Source of the DNA: a virus
Taxonomy: Duplodnaviria > Caudoviricetes
Reading direction: 5' to 3' (one strand)
IMG/VR virus record: IMGVR_UViG_3300037067_007581
Span: 1 to 64,000 of that record
Length of the DNA: 64,000 nucleotides
Part shown: positions 36,276 to 46,059 of the stretch, piece after piece
Numbering within the stretch: position 1 is the stretch's first letter
How the letters are laid out: each line of letters opens with the position of its first letter
The notes under the pieces: model-generated
Databases searched by the model: none
The model's input: only the letters and a program-made list of their open reading frames with translations
What the model was told of the DNA's origin: nothing
Translations under genes and position numbers: made by a program

Positions 36276-39200
36276 TTGTCTACAAAAACTATGGGTTTCA
36301 AAGTTATACATAAGGGGCAACACCCTTTAAAACATAAATCTCAAGAAATTAGTTATCAGAATGTCGGTTATCCTGTTGTTCAGAACGTTAAAACAGGTTT
36401 GGATACCGCATTTACTCTTATTGCTGGTGGGTTAAACTGGAAAGCACCAGTTGCTACTCCCGCCGATTTGCCTTTAGTAGGCAACTCTTTAAATGATGCT
36501 AGAATAGTTGCAAATGATGGAGATGGTAAAAGAGCACTCTATGTGTGTATTGCTACTGTTGGGACATTACCTCAACAATGGTTAAAAATATCAGACCCTG
36601 ATTGGGGTTTGACTACTTTAGATATAGCTTATGACGGCCATTCTGGTGCTGGTTCCGGTAAACTTATTACAGCGGACAGCGGTGCCGTTCAAATAAATGC
36701 TTCTGGTGCAGGCGGTGCTTTAATATTGGATGGGAATAATGCTGAAATGCTTTTAGTCAGAAAATTAGGTGATAGTGGTGATGTTTTTTCAGTTAATACT
36801 GTTGTTCCTGGTATAAATGTTTTAGGCGGAGTAACTGTGGATAATGGTTTGACTAATGGTGGTAGATATTATTTTGATGGTGGCACTACGAAATATTTGG
36901 GCAGTTCTGCTGATGGTGCAACTTTATATGAAAGTGGATTTACTACTTTTGAAATAGGCAATGATGTTTATATAAATGGTGGCTCATTGAGTGTAGGTTT
37001 TCCTCCTATCCCAACAGTTGTTATCTACGGAACAAAACAATGGACTACTTTAACAGGTTATAATTATGGACTTGGTATAACTGCGCAAGCAGACCCTGCT
37101 TCAGCGTCCGCCGCTACTTTAATTGGCGCGGATATCTCAGCGGAAAATATTTATTCAGGAGTAGGTGACTTTACTGGGACAGTTACTGGTGCTACTATTT
37201 ACGGAAAACATTCTGCGTTAGGTTCCATACCAAGTGTTATAGGCTTAGCTACAGGTGCTGATTCTGAAGGTGATGTACTTGATATGATGGGTATTTCTGC
37301 CTATACTTATATAGCTAATGGAAAAACAGATACTGAGCAAACAATAATTTCAGCGGAATCCTATAATGAAGGAGCGGTTACGACTTTTTATGCTTTTAAG
37401 TATAGTAATGGAGATTCCGGTGGCACTTATGTTAATAAATATGGGTTATATATAGACGCTATTTCAGGAGCTACTGCTTTAAATTACGCTATTTATACGG
37501 CAGGTGGCGACACTTATTTTAATGAAGGAACATTAACTGCTATTAAAGGCGGTGCGGCATCCATTTCCTCTAGTGTAGTCCCAGCTACAGCTAAAATATT
37601 TAATAATAATCCTCTTCCAGACCTTATTCATATACCAATAGGTTTATTTGTTGAGAGCGCACCGGTTTCCTCTCTTGCTGTTGGTGTATATATGCTGGGT
37701 AATAATTACTCCACAGATTTTATTGATGGCAAATATATTGCTAAAGATGAGGTATCAACAATTACCGCTAATAATGTGGTTACTTTTGGAACTACTAATA
37801 TCGCGATTTCAAATATTACAGAAAGTGATAGTTGGGATTATATAACTATTAGCGGAACAACGAATGGTAAAGATGGTATGTATCCTGTTGATTCAGTAGT
37901 TGGTTCTGCGGTAACTTTAAAAGATTTATCAGGTGGTAATCCTGGGTTTAATCCTGGTGATAGCGTAATAGCTTCATATACCTCGGCTAGAGCGTCTTTT
38001 GGAGATGCTAGTAGTAATTCTGTTTACTGTATACAAGGTCGTGTAGGTGGTTCAGGATTAGTAGTTGAGGGTTTTGCTGAAGCTACTGGTTCTTTATCAA
38101 GATTTGAATCTAATATTGCTACCTATTCGGGTTCAATGATATATATTGACAACGCAGGAACAGGGTATGCTATTGAAAGTCTTAAAGGTAATGTTCATAT
38201 TGCGGCGGGTAATATTGAATGTCATGGTAATTTTAATAGTGGTGTGATAGGTGGTTCTTCAGGAGCTTTATTATTAAATGGTTCTACTTCAGGAGTAGTT
38301 ACTGTTACTGTTGGGGTTGCGGCTGGAACTTATACGTTAACTTTGCCTAATTCTAATGGTGACCCTAGTCAATTTTTACAAACTGATGGAGATGGTAATT
38401 TGTCTTGGGCTTCCATTACTTATCCAGTACCAACCACAATTACAGTGGCAGACGAGTCTACTGATACTTTGTGTTATCCAATTTTTGTAACCGCGGCAAC
38501 TGGCGACTTAGAACCAAAAACTAATGCTAAGTTATTCTATGATTCTCTTTATGGAACTTTAAATATTCAGGGTGGTGGCGGTTCTCCTTCACTTACTTCT
38601 CCTTCATTAACTAATACTGTTAATGTTTTCAATAATAATGGAATGTCTGATACTATTCATTTCCCTCTTGGATTATATGTAGAAAGTTGCCCTGCTTCTC
38701 CAATGGCAATAGGTTTATTATTGGGTGGTTCACCTTCATATTCTACTGATTTTGCTGATGGTAAGTTTATTACTAAAGATGAAGCAACTCTTGTTACTGG
38801 GACAAATGAACTTACTTTTAGTGTTACTGATATAGCGGCGAGTAATATAACCGGAGTGGCTGGATTTGATTTAGTAATTATTGCCGGAACTAGTAATAAT
38901 AAAGATGGCATGTATTTACCAGTAGGTGCTGTTGGTGCTGTTGTTACTATAACAGATTTAGCAGGCGGTGCTCCAGGATTAAATCCTACCGATAATATTG
39001 TTGCTTCATTTTTCTCGATGAGAGTTAGCCTTGGAGACGCTTCAGGTTCCTCTGCAATATTTATGCAAGGGAAAACAGTGGGTCATGCTATATCCGTTCA
39101 AGGATATGGAACTGGAAGTTCAGATTTGGTTGAAATGATAGCAAATGATGTTACTTTTACTGGTGATGTTTTATCTTTGGATAATAAGGGTACTGGTTAT

Positions 39201-40004
39201 GCTTTAAACATTGTTAATGGAGATGTATTGTTTGGAACTTCTAGATTCCTTACTTCAGGTACTATAGCTACTGCGGCTAATGATATGACTTTAGTTGATG
39301 CTAATTATTTTATAGTTTCTGGTAATACTCAGATAAATGCTATTACTACTGCTGGTTGGCAAGCAGGTTCTACTTTAGGCTTAATATTTACAGGCACTCC
39401 TACTGTTAAGAACAATACCGCTGGAGGTGCCGGAACTGCTAAAATACTTTTAGAGGGTGGTAGGGATTTAGTTTGCGCGGCAAATACTACTTTATATTTA
39501 GCTTATGATGGCACACAATGGCAGGAAATAAGCCATAAATCTCCCTCAACTGCTGGTTCTATACTAGGCAGTATGCTTCAAAATACACCTACGGATTTAG
39601 GTGCGGCTAACGTAACTATTAATTTAAGTAATAGTAATGGTTCTTACGTAACCAATTTGACTATTGATGGCGCTTTCTCAACCGATAATATTACTGTGAC
39701 AGGTTCTCATACTTATGATGTTACTACTGCTTCAGGAGCTACTTATCAAACCGATGGTACAGAATTTATTATTCACTGTACTTATTCTACAACAGGCACT
39801 CAAGCTATTACTTTGGATACTGATGAATTAGTTTCAGGTCGTATGCTGGTTATTAAAGATACTGCTGGAGGAGCTGCGACATTCCCTATTACTATCTCAA
39901 CTGAAGGTGCGGAAAAGATTGATGGGCAAGATACTTATGTTATTAATGTTAATTATGGTTCAGTAACTTTATATTCTAATGGGACGCATTGGTTCGTGGT
40001 TTAA
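36276..40004 (+). CDS. Large fibre-like virion protein with internal duplication
   Basis: 1242 aa, Gly/Thr/Ser-rich; two related ~200-aa segments; start may be TTG 36276 or ATG 36291. Confidence 0.7.
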   Translation: MSTKTMGFKVIHKGQHPLKHKSQEISYQNVGYPVVQNVKTGLDTAFTLIAGGLNWKAPVATPADLPLVGNSLNDARIVANDGDGKRALYVCIATVGTLPQQWLKISDPDWGLTTLDIAYDGHSGAGSGKLITADSGAVQINASGAGGALILDGNNAEMLLVRKLGDSGDVFSVNTVVPGINVLGGVTVDNGLTNGGRYYFDGGTTKYLGSSADGATLYESGFTTFEIGNDVYINGGSLSVGFPPIPTVVIYGTKQWTTLTGYNYGLGITAQADPASASAATLIGADISAENIYSGVGDFTGTVTGATIYGKHSALGSIPSVIGLATGADSEGDVLDMMGISAYTYIANGKTDTEQTIISAESYNEGAVTTFYAFKYSNGDSGGTYVNKYGLYIDAISGATALNYAIYTAGGDTYFNEGTLTAIKGGAASISSSVVPATAKIFNNNPLPDLIHIPIGLFVESAPVSSLAVGVYMLGNNYSTDFIDGKYIAKDEVSTITANNVVTFGTTNIAISNITESDSWDYITISGTTNGKDGMYPVDSVVGSAVTLKDLSGGNPGFNPGDSVIASYTSARASFGDASSNSVYCIQGRVGGSGLVVEGFAEATGSLSRFESNIATYSGSMIYIDNAGTGYAIESLKGNVHIAAGNIECHGNFNSGVIGGSSGALLLNGSTSGVVTVTVGVAAGTYTLTLPNSNGDPSQFLQTDGDGNLSWASITYPVPTTITVADESTDTLCYPIFVTAATGDLEPKTNAKLFYDSLYGTLNIQGGGGSPSLTSPSLTNTVNVFNNNGMSDTIHFPLGLYVESCPASPMAIGLLLGGSPSYSTDFADGKFITKDEATLVTGTNELTFSVTDIAASNITGVAGFDLVIIAGTSNNKDGMYLPVGAVGAVVTITDLAGGAPGLNPTDNIVASFFSMRVSLGDASGSSAIFMQGKTVGHAISVQGYGTGSSDLVEMIANDVTFTGDVLSLDNKGTGYALNIVNGDVLFGTSRFLTSGTIATAANDMTLVDANYFIVSGNTQINAITTAGWQAGSTLGLIFTGTPTVKNNTAGGAGTAKILLEGGRDLVCAANTTLYLAYDGTQWQEISHKSPSTAGSILGSMLQNTPTDLGAANVTINLSNSNGSYVTNLTIDGAFSTDNITVTGSHTYDVTTASGATYQTDGTEFIIHCTYSTTGTQAITLDTDELVSGRMLVIKDTAGGAATFPITISTEGAEKIDGQDTYVINVNYGSVTLYSNGTHWFVV

Positions 40005-40021
40005 TAAAATTAATCTTATAT

Positions 40022-40597
40022 ATGTCCTATCTACCTGCTAATAATGGAAAACTTACCTTGCGACCTAATATTGTAAATACTCAACCAAAAATAAACGACA
40101 ATAAGCCAACCGAAGTATACAGGGGTTGTGATGTCGGATATTCTTTTCCAATATATGCCGCAGATGATGAGGAACTAAATTTTAGAATGAGAATACCTTC
40201 GGAATGGGACGGGGCAACTGACCCTCAATTTGGAATGATGTGTACCATTACAGGAGCAGAAGATGTAGGAGACAAATTTAAATTTCAGCTAGAGTGGCAG
40301 ACTACTACTTGTGGTGGGGATACCGTTATGGGAACAACTACCTCAAACTGTGTTTCAGAGCAAACTATTATTACTGGTGGTGCCTCAGCTTATACTGCAT
40401 ATTGTGTATTTTTTAATATAGATACAGATGACGCAACTAATCCTTTAATAATTGGCCGTATGCTTCAAGGCAGATTAAGAAGAATTGCCGCGAGTGCTAA
40501 TGAAGTAACTAATGAAATAGCAGTTTGGGATTGGGCAATTATGTGGAGAACAGATAAGATGTTTGGCGCTTGGAGCGTAGAAACCAATGTTGTTTAA
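40022..40597 (+). CDS. Hypothetical virion-module protein
   Basis: ORF track; ATG 40022 preferred. Confidence 0.55.
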   Translation: MSYLPANNGKLTLRPNIVNTQPKINDNKPTEVYRGCDVGYSFPIYAADDEELNFRMRIPSEWDGATDPQFGMMCTITGAEDVGDKFKFQLEWQTTTCGGDTVMGTTTSNCVSEQTIITGGASAYTAYCVFFNIDTDDATNPLIIGRMLQGRLRRIAASANEVTNEIAVWDWAIMWRTDKMFGAWSVETNVV

Positions 40598-40612
40598 TTA
40601 ATAATTTTATAT

Positions 40613-41032
40613 ATGTCTTATCTACCAATAATTCCTTACGGAAACGAAACCTTAAAAACACTAACATTTAGTTCTAGTTCAGGAGCTTTGCCAATAGTAA
40701 CTATTACTGGTGACGTTATTCTTAGATTTATAGCTGTTTGTAAAACAGGTTTAGCTTCTGGAGCTGGTGGAAGTATTTCTTTAGGTGTTTCTGGGAATAC
40801 TGCTATATTAAATCCTTTAACTTTAGCTACTGATTTATTAGAAAACGAATTGTGGTTTGACGCTTCTCCCGATACTACATTTGATACTTTAACTAATGCT
40901 ATGAAAGATTTTGTTGTTAGCAATGGTCAGGATATAATATTAACTTGTTCAGATGTTATAGATTCAGGGGCTATTGACTTTTATTTCTTTTGGACACCTT
41001 TATCTGCTAATGCTTCTGTTGTAGTTGCTTAA
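40613..41032 (+). CDS. Hypothetical virion protein, paralogue of the next gene
   Basis: Shares its N- and C-terminal segments with 41049-42032. Confidence 0.6.
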   Translation: MSYLPIIPYGNETLKTLTFSSSSGALPIVTITGDVILRFIAVCKTGLASGAGGSISLGVSGNTAILNPLTLATDLLENELWFDASPDTTFDTLTNAMKDFVVSNGQDIILTCSDVIDSGAIDFYFFWTPLSANASVVVA

Positions 41033-41048
41033 TAGCTAATTTTAAAAT

Positions 41049-42032
41049 ATGCTAAAAAATGTCTTTTTACCATTAGAACATTTTGCCAGTAAAACTTTAA
41101 CTATTACCAGAACAAATGGTATATCTAATTTATTTACTGTTGCTGGTAAAGTTGCTATTCGTCTTATAGCTATTTGTAAATCAATGGACGCGCAAGTTAC
41201 TAATGAAAGCTTATTTCTTAATGGTTCGGGATACGCTTCCGGCACAGGCACTGGAATATTTAATACTGCAACTACTGTAATAAAGACGAGATTTAAACCT
41301 TACTTCCCGATAGTTACTGCTGGTCCCTTTTTCTTTTTAATGTATGCGAGTAATGGTGGTAGATATACTATTTACATTCCTGCTGGCAATTCGATGATTA
41401 TTAATCTGGGAAATACTCCGGTCTTTACAATATCTTATGCTACTTGGTCAGCGGCGTGGAATAATTATGATTGGAATGAGATGACAATTACTGCTGTTGA
41501 GGCTGGTGGAGCAGGTTCAACAGTGGTCTTAAATGGAGTAACAATCGCTGCGACTGGTGCTGCGTTCACAAAAGATAATCCTGCTGTTCTTTATGTCGGA
41601 TGCAGATATGATGCAACTGGTAAATTTAAGGGAGAAATTGATTATATCCGTATTTATTCTGATGCTGGAATGACTACTTTAACAGCTAACTATGAATTTA
41701 ATGGTGATTATACTAGCGGAGTAAGTTCTACCAATGACCTATCGGAACAGGGTTCCGGAAATTCTTTTTCCTGTATAATATCTTTGGGGTTACAGACGCC
41801 TTTAACAGGATTTATTACTGATACAGAGGCTAGTAGTTTATTAGCAAATGAGATATGGTTTGATACTACTCCAGACACTACTATTGATACTTTAGATAAT
41901 GCCTTATTAAGTTATGTAATTAATGGTGCTTCAATATTTGCAAATACAACGGGTGGTATCAATTCTGCTCAAATAGCTTTTTATTGTTTCTGGACGCCAC
42001 TTTCCGTAGGAGCTTCAGTAACACCTACTTAA
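41049..42032 (+). CDS. Paralogue of the previous gene with an inserted LamG/concanavalin-like domain
   Basis: LLANEIWFDTTPDTT and FYCFWTPLS are shared with 40613; the insert carries FKGEIDYIRIY and YEFNGD. Confidence 0.6.
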   Translation: MLKNVFLPLEHFASKTLTITRTNGISNLFTVAGKVAIRLIAICKSMDAQVTNESLFLNGSGYASGTGTGIFNTATTVIKTRFKPYFPIVTAGPFFFLMYASNGGRYTIYIPAGNSMIINLGNTPVFTISYATWSAAWNNYDWNEMTITAVEAGGAGSTVVLNGVTIAATGAAFTKDNPAVLYVGCRYDATGKFKGEIDYIRIYSDAGMTTLTANYEFNGDYTSGVSSTNDLSEQGSGNSFSCIISLGLQTPLTGFITDTEASSLLANEIWFDTTPDTTIDTLDNALLSYVINGASIFANTTGGINSAQIAFYCFWTPLSVGASVTPT

Positions 42033-42058
42033 TAATTATACTTAAAGGAGGGTTAGGA

Positions 42059-42217
42059 ATGTCAGGGTGCAACCACGAGAGATATAACTGGGTAACGAAG
42101 ATTACTGCCGATAAGGTTACATATACAAAAGTATGCTTTATCTGCGGTAAAAAACTTGACGAACAGTCAGTTCCAGTAAAGGAGGTAGATGCGAGCCTTA
42201 TACAAGAAGAAGGTTGA
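42059..42217 (+). CDS. Small CxH...CxxC zinc-finger protein
   Basis: MSGCNHER...CFIC; AAAGGAGG SD. Confidence 0.6.
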   Translation: MSGCNHERYNWVTKITADKVTYTKVCFICGKKLDEQSVPVKEVDASLIQEEG

Positions 42218-42359
42218 GGAATGTCAGCATGAACGCAAATATTGGAAACTGATAGGCAAGACAGTAGTTACCAATCCGCTAACACATATACAGTATATTT
42301 ACTATTGGTATGTTTGCGATTTGTGCGGAACGAACAGAAACGAAAAAAAGGAACTTTAA
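42189..42359 (+). CDS. Small CxH...CxxC zinc-finger protein (not in ORF track)
   Basis: MRALYKKKVEECQHERKYW...CDLC; AAAGGAGGT SD. Confidence 0.6.
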   Translation: MRALYKKKVEECQHERKYWKLIGKTVVTNPLTHIQYIYYWYVCDLCGTNRNEKKEL

Positions 42360-42379
42360 AAAAGGAGGTGGGCAAAAAC

Positions 42380-42532
42380 TTGTTTAAAGTAAAGGTTAAA
42401 AGAATTTGCTTAAATTGCGGAAATGAATTATCACCTATTCTATTGCCAAGGAAATTTTCAGGAAAGGTTATAAAAGTGATATGTGCTAAATGCCAATCAG
42501 AAAGAGAGAAAAAGGGGGTGAGTAAAGTGTAA
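42380..42532 (+). CDS. Small CxxC...CxxC zinc-ribbon protein
   Basis: CLNC...CAKC; AAAGGAGGT SD at 42361-42369; start (TTG 42380) uncertain. Confidence 0.45.
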   Translation: MFKVKVKRICLNCGNELSPILLPRKFSGKVIKVICAKCQSEREKKGVSKV

Positions 42533-42600
42533 CTAATTTGGCTTTTCAGGGATTTGAGCCTTATCAATCCCTGACCATATTAATTAATAACTAAAATAAA

Positions 42601-42930
42601 ATGGCCGGGGTAAAAGAAGAAAGTAGAATACCTAATATATTATACAGACAAGTATCTTTAATCTTATCTTTAATTAGTGTTGTTAGTATTATAATTGGTG
42701 CTTTTGTTTACTTAACCTCTCCTACAAAAGATAATGACACTGCCATACAATTACAAGAGCAACGAATTGCTACACAGGATAAAACTATTGAAACTCTGAC
42801 TAAAACACAACAAAATGATACCCAAGAAGTAAAAACAGCTATTACCAGTTTAAATAAAGAAGTTAACGATTTAAAAATATATATCAGTAATCTTTCTACG
42901 ATTATTGATGAGAGGATACCTAAAGAATAA
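42601..42930 (+). CDS. Membrane-anchored coiled-coil protein
   Basis: One TM helix followed by a heptad-rich segment. Confidence 0.55.
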   Translation: MAGVKEESRIPNILYRQVSLILSLISVVSIIIGAFVYLTSPTKDNDTAIQLQEQRIATQDKTIETLTKTQQNDTQEVKTAITSLNKEVNDLKIYISNLSTIIDERIPKE

Positions 42931-43144
42931 TGGAAGATGATTTTATTCAGTTAGCTTTAAAAATGATATTTTCAATACTATTAATATTATTTTTATCTTT
43001 AGTTGCGTTTGGCTACTTGATAAAATTAATATCTTTATTAAATAGTTACATATTATGAAAGAAGAATTACTAAACATAGTAGGCGATTTAGGTCAAGATG
43101 TTATAGAATGGGTATTTGATAAAATAGCAAGTATACTCCCCGAT

Positions 43145-43217
43145 TAGAACCCCTTAATTTATCGTAAAATGCCCCCTATTTAACGTTTTACTTACTAATA
43201 GGTATAAAATAACCTTT
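43145..43217. repeat. Bipartite intergenic element, copy 1
   Basis: TAGAACCCCTTAATTT ... AGGTATAAAATAACCTTT, block starts 55 nt apart; second copy at 53363-53436. Confidence 0.6.
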
Positions 43218-43240
43218 TTAAATAATTAACGCCTAAGAGC

Positions 43241-43372
43241 ATGAATACCAAAATACAAAGGCAACCTTGCGAAGTGTATAGTAGAATAGTAGGTTATATA
43301 AGACCTGTTAATCAATGGAATAAAGGAAAAAAGTCAGAATTTAAGGATAGAAAAGTATATAAAATAATTTGA
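43241..43372 (+). CDS. Stand-alone NrdD C-terminal (glycyl radical)-like peptide (not in ORF track)
   Basis: MNTKIQRQPCEVYSRIVGYIRPVNQWNKGKKSEFKDRKVYKII matches the C-terminal RxxGY..P...WN.GK..E..DR motif of class III RNR. Confidence 0.8.
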   Translation: MNTKIQRQPCEVYSRIVGYIRPVNQWNKGKKSEFKDRKVYKII

Positions 43373-43398
43373 CAAAGTTAAAAAAATTATGGTATTGT
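43369..43398 (+). promoter_or_regulatory. Sigma70-type promoter (extended -10)
   Basis: TTGACAAAGTTAAAAA shared with the other promoters; TG-g-TATTGT 43393-43398. Confidence 0.7.
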
Positions 43399-43428
43399 AA
43401 AAATAGCTAATTAATTTAATCATATTGT

Positions 43429-43746
43429 ATGTTAAAAGTAGAAGACTTAAATGTCGTGATGAAAAAGTTTAACGGAGACACCATAAAGGATATGGATGCC
43501 TCTGACTTAACTTTAAAAAAAGTTTTATTAAATCAACTGGGTAGTTTCCCTGGTCAAGGGCAAAGAGCCTCTGGGGCAGAACAAATTAAGGCTTATGATT
43601 TGGGCATAACAATCCAAAAATCTGAGAAAGAAATTTCCTTAGAAGATGAACAAGTAAAATTTATTGTTGAGAAGGTTATTTCAGCTAATCCATTATATGC
43701 CTCAATAGTTACAGGTCAGGTTTTAAAATTATTAAAAAATGAATAA
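43429..43746 (+). CDS. Hypothetical protein
   Basis: ORF track. Confidence 0.55.
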   Translation: MLKVEDLNVVMKKFNGDTIKDMDASDLTLKKVLLNQLGSFPGQGQRASGAEQIKAYDLGITIQKSEKEISLEDEQVKFIVEKVISANPLYASIVTGQVLKLLKNE

Positions 43747-43757
43747 ATAATTCCTTT

Positions 43758-44414
43758 ATGGCAGACGTAATTACATTATCAGAATATAAAACTGCTAAAA
43801 ATATTACGACTAATAGTAATGATACGCAACTTTCTTCTTTAATACCTTTAATAAGTGATTATATTCAGAAGTATTGTAACCGAGAATTCGGAATCGGTCT
43901 TTACACAGAAAGAAGAGAAGGCGTGAATACTTATGATGGTCGGTATATGTTTTTTGCGTCTAATAAACCTATTATTAGCGTATCGCAAATAAATTTATAT
44001 TTTTATGGAATTACTACGCCAGTTTCCCTTAATGTTAGTCTTTTAGATATATTTAATAAAGCGGGTTATGCTTATTATTCTGGGGCTTTAACTTTTAATC
44101 AATCTGTTATCCGAGACGAATATAGAGAAGGATATTATTATGATATAATTTATTCAGGGGGTCAACCTGCTCCAGGAGCGGTTAAGTTAGCGGCTATTAA
44201 TATGTTAACAGATACTTTTGAAAGGTTTTATGAAGACCCTATTTCAAGCGGTATTGATAATAGAACAGGTGACTTAAAATCTCTGAAAATTGGAGACTAT
44301 CAAGAAACTTATGCAGAAGATAAAGATGTTCTACACAATGCTAATACAGGCTTAATCATGACTAAAACCGTAGAAGATTTGTTAAAACCTTATAAATCTA
44401 CGGGAGTATTATAA
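43758..44414 (+). CDS. Head-tail adaptor (gp6/gp15-like)
   Basis: ITLSEYK...DTQLSSLI..ISDYIQKYCNREF, PGAVKLA and LLKPYK; synteny. Confidence 0.75.
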   Translation: MADVITLSEYKTAKNITTNSNDTQLSSLIPLISDYIQKYCNREFGIGLYTERREGVNTYDGRYMFFASNKPIISVSQINLYFYGITTPVSLNVSLLDIFNKAGYAYYSGALTFNQSVIRDEYREGYYYDIIYSGGQPAPGAVKLAAINMLTDTFERFYEDPISSGIDNRTGDLKSLKIGDYQETYAEDKDVLHNANTGLIMTKTVEDLLKPYKSTGVL

Positions 44415-44418
44415 CTTT

Positions 44419-44799
44419 ATGTCAACTACTAAAATACCAGACCGATTATTTAATACTGTTGTCCGCTTAGAAAGACGAACAACCACTCTTGATTCTATTG
44501 GGGATTTTACAGAAGTCTGGACTAGTATAGTAGATAATATTAAAGCCTCTATTCAGCCTACTTCTGCAACTGAAAGTAAAGTTTATAGTGCAGAAGAACA
44601 AGGAAGAGAATATACTGCTAGTTTTAAAATATATTTTAATCGCGATTTACCACAAGCTCCTTTATTTGGAGACCGAGTAGTAGAAATAGCAACTGGCAAA
44701 ATGTATCCTATCATAGGAGTCAATCTTTTCAGAACTCCTACGGCAGGTAGTCATCACTATAAACTTTATTTAGAAATACCAAGAGAAACTAAGTCCTAA
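44419..44799 (+). CDS. Head closure / head-tail joining protein
   Basis: DSIGDFTEVW..IKASIQP and GDRV; synteny. Confidence 0.7.
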   Translation: MSTTKIPDRLFNTVVRLERRTTTLDSIGDFTEVWTSIVDNIKASIQPTSATESKVYSAEEQGREYTASFKIYFNRDLPQAPLFGDRVVEIATGKMYPIIGVNLFRTPTAGSHHYKLYLEIPRETKS

Positions 44800-44803
44800 A
44801 AAT

Positions 44804-45178
44804 ATGATATCATTTACTATAAAAGGACTGGAACAAACTATAAAAAATATTAATAATATAGAAGTCAATTTAACGCCAGTATTAAATAAGGCATTAAAAG
44901 CTTCTGCGACTTTAACCCTAAATAGATTGAAACAAAATACTCCTGTGGATACCGGTGCTTTAAAGGGCAGTGAAAAGATAACCATTAATGGTTTAGTTGC
45001 CACTATCGGCCCAGGAGACGCTTATATACCTCATTATGCTCCAGATGTAGAATTTGGGCATCACACCAGAAGCGGTAGCTGGGTGCCAGGACAGCATTTT
45101 ATTGAGAGAACTAGGGTGGAAACCAATCGTGATATACAATTATTATTCTATACAGCAATTGCCAGTCTATTCAAATAA
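44804..45178 (+). CDS. HK97 gp10-like tail completion protein
   Basis: TPVDTGALKGS, YAPDVEFG and VPGQHF. Confidence 0.85.
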   Translation: MISFTIKGLEQTIKNINNIEVNLTPVLNKALKASATLTLNRLKQNTPVDTGALKGSEKITINGLVATIGPGDAYIPHYAPDVEFGHHTRSGSWVPGQHFIERTRVETNRDIQLLFYTAIASLFK

Positions 45179-45184
45179 ACTATT

Positions 45185-45607
45185 ATGTCTAGAAATACAC
45201 AAACTTTAAAAGAATTAATCATGACTACACTTACGGCTGACGGGACACTTCAGACACTTTTAGGCGGGGCAGGAAAAATTCGGCATGCTAATCCAAGTCA
45301 ATTAGCAGAATATCCCTGTGTAGTATATTCTATAATCACAGAAGACGATAATGCTTATTCCACAGACAGGAAAAGTGATATAACCAATACTAGACTAGGA
45401 ATACAAGTTTTCAGTAAAACTACTTCTTGCCAAGAAGCAGATTCTATCAGTGATAGAATATTTGAGATTTTAGATGGGCAAAATCTAGTAGCTTCTGGAA
45501 TATTATGCTATTCCTGTTATCGTATTAGTTCTTTCCCAATGTTCGAACCTGATGTTAAAGTTTGGAGAATTGAAAATAGATTTAATTTAATAAATACTAT
45601 TTTATGA
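45185..45607 (+). CDS. Tail terminator protein
   Basis: LTADGTLQTLLG, YPCVVY and IQVFS; synteny. Confidence 0.7.
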   Translation: MSRNTQTLKELIMTTLTADGTLQTLLGGAGKIRHANPSQLAEYPCVVYSIITEDDNAYSTDRKSDITNTRLGIQVFSKTTSCQEADSISDRIFEILDGQNLVASGILCYSCYRISSFPMFEPDVKVWRIENRFNLINTIL

Positions 45608-46059
45608 CCGACATACTTTGGAAATGGGATAACAATGACAAATTTCCTTTTGGTAAAGAAATGGTATTGAGATTTGAAAAATGGACAGGTATTAAAAATC
45701 CTGATATTTCAGAGGCTTTAAGGGACTTAACGGCAGATACATATTGGGAAATGAGGAAATTAGAGGCAGTATGTTTATCTGAAATAGAAAGATTAATACT
45801 GGAAGATAAATATCCTGGTTATTTAAATGGTGTTGAATTAACATTGGAGCAAAAGAATTTATTAAAAGAAAAATCGGATGCTGTTAAAGAAGATTTAAAA
45901 GAATTTTTCAGAAAGACTTTATATAAGAGATGGTGCGCTTTATTAACCAGGCAAAAGATTGGGGTGGATAAATTAGGAATTGCTATTAAACCATATATTA
46001 GTTATAATAATGGACAAGAAGACCAAAAAGATAAAATTCGTGCTTCCAGCGAGGAGTAG
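45604..46059 (+). CDS. Hypothetical protein
   Basis: ORF track. Confidence 0.5.
   Translation: MTDILWKWDNNDKFPFGKEMVLRFEKWTGIKNPDISEALRDLTADTYWEMRKLEAVCLSEIERLILEDKYPGYLNGVELTLEQKNLLKEKSDAVKEDLKEFFRKTLYKRWCALLTRQKIGVDKLGIAIKPYISYNNGQEDQKDKIRASSEE

Noticed and set aside
42242-42379. ORF-track start at 42242 for the zinc-ribbon ORF
   Set aside because: Overlaps a better SD-led ORF (42189-42359); the SD at 42361-42369 indicates a later start.
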